Assembly: GCA_965213685.1 (NCBI GenBank)
Contig: CBDBZY010000012.1
Location: 76,593 to 140,592 of the forward strand
Length of the DNA stretch: 64,000 nt
Direction: 5' to 3'
DNA from: a bacterium
Lineage (GTDB): Bacteria > UBA8248
Part shown: one piece after another, positions 59,013 to 64,000 of the stretch
Layout: each line of letters starts with the position of its first letter
How positions within the stretch are numbered: position 1 is the stretch's first letter
Notes under the pieces: model-generated
Told to the model about the DNA's origin: nothing
The model's database searches: none
What the model saw: the letters and a program-made list of their open reading frames with translations, nothing else
Position numbers and translations under genes: made by a program

Positions 59013-59117
59013 AAGGTTTTCTGAATGGCTTCGCCAGGGCGGTTCGAGTGTTCGAGAGATCAGGGCGCGGGCATGGCGCATAGCAAGAAGGTTTTCTGAG
59101 GGACTTCGCCAGAGCGG
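59013..59117. repeat. Two imperfect 30-bp direct repeats, 75-nt period, in a divergent intergenic region
   Basis: AAGGTTTTCTGAATGGCTTCGCCAGGGCGG (59013-59042) and AAGGTTTTCTGAGGGACTTCGCCAGAGCGG (59088-59117), 26/30 identical. Confidence 0.8.
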
Positions 59118-59265
59118 GTGCTTGCGCGTTTTCTCCGCGCCCTTCCTCCTCCCCCGCTCCCGCGGACGCCCGCCCAACGGCTCTCCCGGGAGGGGAGTCC
59201 CCCGCGCGTCTTGCGGAGCCTCGCCCCGGGTTGTAGGATTCGCCCATCCGGAGAGGGAGAGAACG

Positions 59266-60366
59266 ATGGTGATCGAGAAAAAAGAGGTGGGCGTCGGGCT
59301 GATCGGCGCGGGCAAGATCGGGTCGTTGCGCGCGCATCTGGCGGCGACGTCGCCGGTGGTGAATTTTTTCGCCATATCCGACGTCGACGCGGAGCGGGCG
59401 CGGGCCGTCGCCCAGCAGAACGAGGCGGCTTTTCATACCTCCGACAACCGCGAGGTCATCGAGCATCCCCGGGTGGACGCGCTCATCGTCTCGACGCCCG
59501 AGGGCGAGCATACCGAGGCGATTTGCATGGCACTGGAGCTGGGCAAGCCGGTTCTGGTGGAAAAGCCCATCGCGCTCACCCTCCCGGACGCCGACAGGAT
59601 TCTGGAGGCGAAATCGAGGGGCGGCGCGGAGCTGTTCATCGGCTACACGCAGCGGCTGCGCCGAAAATTCCTGGCGATCAAGGAGCACATCGACGCGGGA
59701 CGGCTCGGCGAGGTCATGACCGCCCGGATGACGATATACAACACGCGCCCCACGGCGCGGCAGGTCTATCTGCGCGCCCCGCACGCCAACCCCTTCACCG
59801 ACGAGATCACCTACATGGCCGATATGGCGCTGTGGTTCTTCGAGCCGAGAAAACCGGTTCGCGTGTATGCGCAGGCGGGCAGCGAGGTGTTCCACGAGCA
59901 CCCGGACCAGATGGGGGATTACGGCTGGGCGGTCGTCACCTTCGACGACGGGGCGGCGGCCTGTCTGGGCGGAAACTGGGCGCTGCCGGAGTACTGGCCC
60001 GCCACGGTGGCGACGATCAGCATGGACATTTTCGGGAGCGCGGGGGCGATCCGCATTGATGACGGCCACAAGGACGTGATGATGGTGGGCAACGAGCGCA
60101 TCCCCTCGCCCTATGCGCCCGACTCCTCGGTGGAGGTCGCTTTTCTGGGCTCCGCCATGCCGGGCGACTGGGCCGTGGGGGATTTTGTGGGGCCGATGCG
60201 CGATGAGACCAGGCTCTTCCTCGAGCGCGTCACCACCGGAAAAAGCGTGCCGCTGTGCGACGCGCAGACGGCGCGCGCGGTTCTGGAGCTCACCCTGGCG
60301 ATGGAGGAGAGCGTCCGCCGGGGCGGCGAGGTCGTCGAACTGCCGCTGGAGGGGAGGAACGGGTGA
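59266..60366 (+). CDS. Gfo/Idh/MocA family oxidoreductase
   Basis: GLIGAGKIG, VSTPEGEH, GKPVLVEKPIA, IGYTQR. Confidence 0.9.
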   Translation: MVIEKKEVGVGLIGAGKIGSLRAHLAATSPVVNFFAISDVDAERARAVAQQNEAAFHTSDNREVIEHPRVDALIVSTPEGEHTEAICMALELGKPVLVEKPIALTLPDADRILEAKSRGGAELFIGYTQRLRRKFLAIKEHIDAGRLGEVMTARMTIYNTRPTARQVYLRAPHANPFTDEITYMADMALWFFEPRKPVRVYAQAGSEVFHEHPDQMGDYGWAVVTFDDGAAACLGGNWALPEYWPATVATISMDIFGSAGAIRIDDGHKDVMMVGNERIPSPYAPDSSVEVAFLGSAMPGDWAVGDFVGPMRDETRLFLERVTTGKSVPLCDAQTARAVLELTLAMEESVRRGGEVVELPLEGRNG

Positions 60367-61445
60367 GGCAAATCGGGCTGGGCATCGTGGGTTCGGGGCG
60401 CATGGGGAGGCTGCGCGCGCATCTGGCCTCCGGCGCGCCGGAGGTGAAATTCCTGGCGCTCTCGGACAAGGACCCCGAACGGGCGGAGCGCCTCGCCGGC
60501 GAGGTGCGGGCCGATTTCCACTCCGGCGATAACGAGGCGGTGCTCTCCCACCCCGAGGTGGACGCCCTCATCGTCTCCACGCCCGAGTTCGACCACGCCG
60601 ACGCCGTCTGCCGCGCCCTCGAGCTGGGCAAGCCGGTGCTTTGCGAGAAGCCGATTTCCTTGTCGCTCGAGGATGCGGACAGGATTCTGGCGGCGCATGA
60701 AAAATCAAGGGCCGAGCTGTTCATCGGCTACACGCAGCGGCAAAGGCGCCGTTTCCTGAACGCGAAGGAGCAGATTCAAAGGGGACGGCTCGGGCGCCTG
60801 CAGACGGCGCGCGCCACGCTATACAACGTGACGACGAACGGCGCCGAGATATACAAGCGCGCCCCCCACGCGGGCCCCGTCACCGATACGCTCACCTACA
60901 TGGTGGACATCTGTCTGTGGTATTTCGAGGGCAGAAAGCCCGCCCGCGTCTACGCCCAGGGGGGGAGCAAGGTGTTTCCGCATCACCCCATGGGCTGCGG
61001 GGATTGGGCCTGGGCGATTCTCACGTTCGAGGACGGCGGCACCGTGAACTTCGGCTGCTCCTGGATACTGCCGGACAACTGGCCGGCGAACATCACGTCC
61101 ATCGACCTGGAGGTCATGGGCACGGAGGGGGCCATCGCGATCGATGATTCGCACAAAAACGCCATCATGGCGACGAGGGAGGGCGTGCCGTCGCCCTATG
61201 TGGAGGGCATGTCCTCGGACGTCGTCTTCCTCGAGTCGATGATGGCGGGCGACTGGCTGGTGGGCGATTTCTGGGGGCCGATGCGCGACGAGACCAGGCT
61301 CTTCCTCGAGCGGGTGACGATGGGTCGGGGCGTTTCGCTCGCACTGCCCGGCCACGCCCGATCCGTGCTGGAGGTGACGCTGGCGATTGAGCGAAGCGCG
61401 AAGGAGAACAGGCCGGTCGATTTCCCGCTCCTAAGCGCGGGCTGA
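60363..61445 (+). CDS. Gfo/Idh/MocA family oxidoreductase (paralog of the upstream gene)
   Basis: GTG start overlapping the upstream stop; GIVGSGRMG, VSTPEFDH, GKPVLCEKPIS, IGYTQR. Confidence 0.9.
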   Translation: MRQIGLGIVGSGRMGRLRAHLASGAPEVKFLALSDKDPERAERLAGEVRADFHSGDNEAVLSHPEVDALIVSTPEFDHADAVCRALELGKPVLCEKPISLSLEDADRILAAHEKSRAELFIGYTQRQRRRFLNAKEQIQRGRLGRLQTARATLYNVTTNGAEIYKRAPHAGPVTDTLTYMVDICLWYFEGRKPARVYAQGGSKVFPHHPMGCGDWAWAILTFEDGGTVNFGCSWILPDNWPANITSIDLEVMGTEGAIAIDDSHKNAIMATREGVPSPYVEGMSSDVVFLESMMAGDWLVGDFWGPMRDETRLFLERVTMGRGVSLALPGHARSVLEVTLAIERSAKENRPVDFPLLSAG

Positions 61446-61455
61446 GCCCGCCTCC

Positions 61456-61839
61456 GTGGGGCGCCCCGAGCCGGACGTGCTGCTGTCGCATCCCCGGTAT
61501 GCGCTGCGAAAGGACGCCTCGCGCGAAGGGGCGCGCTTCATCCTCTCGGGCGATGTGGACGCCCGGGACGCCGGCCTTCTTCTCGACGCCATGGAGAAGG
61601 AGACCCTCGAGGGCGCGCGCCTCGCGATCCTGCACCTGGGGGAGCTGGAGCTGAGCGATGGCGTCGCCGTCGCCCGCATGGTGGACCTCGTCCGTCTCCT
61701 TCTGGGCGGTGCGCGGCGGGTGCGGGTGGTTCAGTCCCCGCAGGTGCTGGCGCATGTCCTCTACCGGGCGGGCATGCTGGCGGGGGATGCGCGGCTCGAG
61801 CTCGTCGACCCCCGGCAGGAGGAAGGCATCGCCAACTGA
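61456..61839 (+). CDS. Small STAS-like domain protein
   Basis: Pattern FILSGDVD..LHLGELELSDGVAV..L....RVVQSPQVLAHVLYRAG resembles STAS/anti-anti-sigma folds. Confidence 0.55.
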   Translation: MGRPEPDVLLSHPRYALRKDASREGARFILSGDVDARDAGLLLDAMEKETLEGARLAILHLGELELSDGVAVARMVDLVRLLLGGARRVRVVQSPQVLAHVLYRAGMLAGDARLELVDPRQEEGIAN

Positions 61840-61896
61840 TTCGGACGCGCACCCCCCTTCGCGCTGTCCTCGGACATCGTTTGCGGGAGCTACGGG

Positions 61897-62782
61897 ATGA
61901 GTCCCGTTTCGGCGAAAGACCCATACGAGAGAAAGCGCGTCCGGGTGCGCGACGCGGAGATGGCCTACGTCGAGGCCGGCGAGGGCGCGCCCCATCGTGT
62001 TGCTTCACGGCAACCCGGCCACCTCCTATATTTGGAGAAACGTCATCCCCCACCTCGAGGGGCTGGGGCGGTGCCTCGCGCCGGACCTGATGAACAGCGG
62101 CGCTTCGGACAACATTCCGGGCGGGGGCTGCCGCTATCGGGATCACATTCCCTACATGGATGCGTGGTTCGAGGCGGTGGGGGCCACGGACAACGTGTTC
62201 CTGGTGCTGCACGACTGGGGAGCGGCGCTCGGGTTCCACCGCACCTGCCGGCACCCGGAGCATATTGTCGGCCTCTCCTACATGGAGGCGATGGTGCGGC
62301 CCCGTCTCTGGTCGGACATGCCCGCCGACCGGGTCGGGCAGTTCCGGAAGATGCGCGGCGCGGGTGGACTCGACATGATCGCGAAGACGAATTTTTTCGT
62401 GGAGACCATGCTGTTCGAGCGCGGCGTCGTGCGGGGGCTGGGCGCGGAGGAGAAGCGGGCCTATCGCCAACCCACCGAAGACCCCCGGAAGAGGAGGCAG
62501 ACCCACCAGTGGGCCTGCGAGATTCCGTTCGAGGGAGAGCCCGCCGACAACTACGCGCTGGTGAAGGAATACAGCGATTTTCTTTGCGCGAGCGAGAATT
62601 TGCCCAAGCTCTTCATCAACTGCGCGCACGGCCATGCCCTCGCGGGCGCCGCGCGCGCGTTTTGCCGGGAATGGCCGAACCAGGAGGAAATCACGATTCC
62701 GGCGCGCCACTACGGCCAGGAGGATTGCCCGGACGAGATCGGCCGGGCGGTGGCGCGGTTCATCCGGAAGGTGCGGGGCTGA
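61897..62782 (+). CDS. Haloalkane dehalogenase (HLD-II, LinB/DhaA-like), split by an apparent +1 frameshift at 61990-61993
   Basis: MSPVSAKDPYERKRVRV..MAYVEAGEGAP in one frame, then IVLLHGNPATSYIWRNVIPHL, APDL, LHDWG, YMEA, LPKLFIN, HYGQED in the next. Confidence 0.88.
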
Positions 62783-62841
62783 GTCCCGGACGACGCCCGG
62801 AGCATCAGGGGCGAGGCCTCTCAAACTGAGGGAGCGTGAGA

Positions 62842-63222
62842 ATGCCCGTCTACCGGTTTGAAAACTTGAGGGACGTGCGGCAAAACCCCGGGCTCTCATC
62901 GGGTCATGGCGAGAGCATCAAGGGGGAGAGGATGTATTTTTGTCACCGCATCTGGGAGGCGGGCACGGAGGCGAAGCCGCATTACCACGCCTGCGAGCAG
63001 TTCATCTACATCCTGCGGGGGCGGCAGAGGTTCACGATGGGGGGAGAGGAGTACGACGCGGGCCCCGGCGACGTCATCCACGTGCCGGCCAACGAGGTGC
63101 ACGCGGCGGAAATTCTGGAGGAGGTGGAGGCCATCTACGTGAAGGATACGACCTGGAGCCTCAAGGGGGTGGCCGCGGGCGACCCGGCACCGCAGACGCC
63201 GCCTGCGGATGACCCCTTCTAG
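62842..63222 (+). CDS. Cupin domain protein
   Basis: PHYHACEQFIYILRG, GDVIHVPANEVHA. Confidence 0.88.
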   Translation: MPVYRFENLRDVRQNPGLSSGHGESIKGERMYFCHRIWEAGTEAKPHYHACEQFIYILRGRQRFTMGGEEYDAGPGDVIHVPANEVHAAEILEEVEAIYVKDTTWSLKGVAAGDPAPQTPPADDPF

Positions 63223-63304
63223 GGCGCTCCTCGCGCAGGCTCCCGGTGCGCATGATGGGCGCGGCGGGCCCCGAACCCTTGACGGATGAGAGAGGAGAGA
63301 GCGC

Positions 63305-64000
63305 ATGGTCGTCCAGGCGGTACGCAAGACTCCGTGGTTCGCATATTTTCCCGACAACTATCGCTGGTCGTTCATCACCTCCATCGGCTTGATGCGCGTG
63401 GCGGGCGGGGGCGCCGATACGGCGGAGATTTTTGAGGTTTGCAGGCGCCTGGAGGAGAACGTCGGCAGCGACGCGCACTGGTTCGAGGAGTGGCGCCGCA
63501 TGGGGGATCGGACGCGGGCGATGGGCATGGCGGCGGCCAGGCGCGGGCGGGGGCTCACCGCCGCGGGACATTTTTGCCGCGCCGCCACGTATTACCAGAT
63601 AGCGGACAGGTTTCGCTTCCCGAAAGACAGGGCGTCGCAGGACGCCTATCGCAAGTCCATCGACAGCTTCCAGCGCTTCGTTCGCCTGAACGACAGACCG
63701 CGGACGGAGATCGTCGACATCCCCTATGAGGGGAAGAAGAGCCTGCCCGCCTATTTCGTTCACGCGGAGAACACGCGGAAGTCGAAGCCGCCCGTGGTCG
63801 CCCTCTACACCGGCTTCGACGGCACGAAGGAGACGCCCATGATCCTGGCGGCGCGCGAACTCGCCCGGCGCGGCATGAGCGTGGTGGTGCCCGACACCCC
63901 GGGGGTGGGCGAGGCCATCCGGTTCCGGAAGATATACCTGCGGCACGACTACGAGGTGGCCGGCTCCGCCATTCTCGACTGGCTGGAGAGGCGCGGGGAC
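63305..64000 (+). CDS. Alpha/beta hydrolase, 2,6-dihydroxypseudooxynicotine hydrolase/FrsA-like (3'-truncated by window edge; absent from the ORF track)
   Basis: AGGAG RBS; MVVQAVRKTPWFAYFPDNYRWS, WFEEW, RAATYY, VDIPYEG, TGFDGTKE, DTPGVGEA; open to the window end. Confidence 0.82.
   Translation, partial: MVVQAVRKTPWFAYFPDNYRWSFITSIGLMRVAGGGADTAEIFEVCRRLEENVGSDAHWFEEWRRMGDRTRAMGMAAARRGRGLTAAGHFCRAATYYQIADRFRFPKDRASQDAYRKSIDSFQRFVRLNDRPRTEIVDIPYEGKKSLPAYFVHAENTRKSKPPVVALYTGFDGTKETPMILAARELARRGMSVVVPDTPGVGEAIRFRKIYLRHDYEVAGSAILDWLERRGD

Noticed and set aside
59013-59117. Possible mini CRISPR array (30-nt repeat, 45-nt spacer)
   Set aside because: Only two imperfect copies, no cas genes and no AT-rich leader. 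Kept as a plain direct repeat.

Overview
A GC-rich bacterial chromosomal segment with about 60 tightly packed protein-coding genes, most of them for metabolism or transport. It holds a seven-gene group 1 Mrp Na+/H+ antiporter operon, an Fbp/PgtC-type ABC importer, two Liv-type ABC importers, pyruvate dehydrogenase aceE-aceF, msrB, a divergent SucCD-like ligase pair, and many oxidoreductases and hydrolases of unknown substrate. I saw no rRNA, tRNA, CRISPR array, integrase or transposase. The most notable signal is a selenoprotein that the ORF track misses (46034-46786, minus strand). It is a glutaredoxin/NrdH-like domain with an in-frame TGA forming a U-x-x-C motif, fused to a DinB-superfamily domain. 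A SECIS-like hairpin follows the TGA, and the gene sits 2 nt upstream of an amidohydrolase. The second is a stand-alone, compositionally foreign gene of about 1470 aa that fuses a sacsin-like GHKL ATPase to an SF2 helicase (19994-24400), a candidate single-gene defence system. Two clear +1 frameshifts in short homopolymer runs (mrpD, haloalkane dehalogenase) and a possible third (aceE 5' end) look like sequencing errors. All annotations come from motif recognition by eye; no database searches were run.
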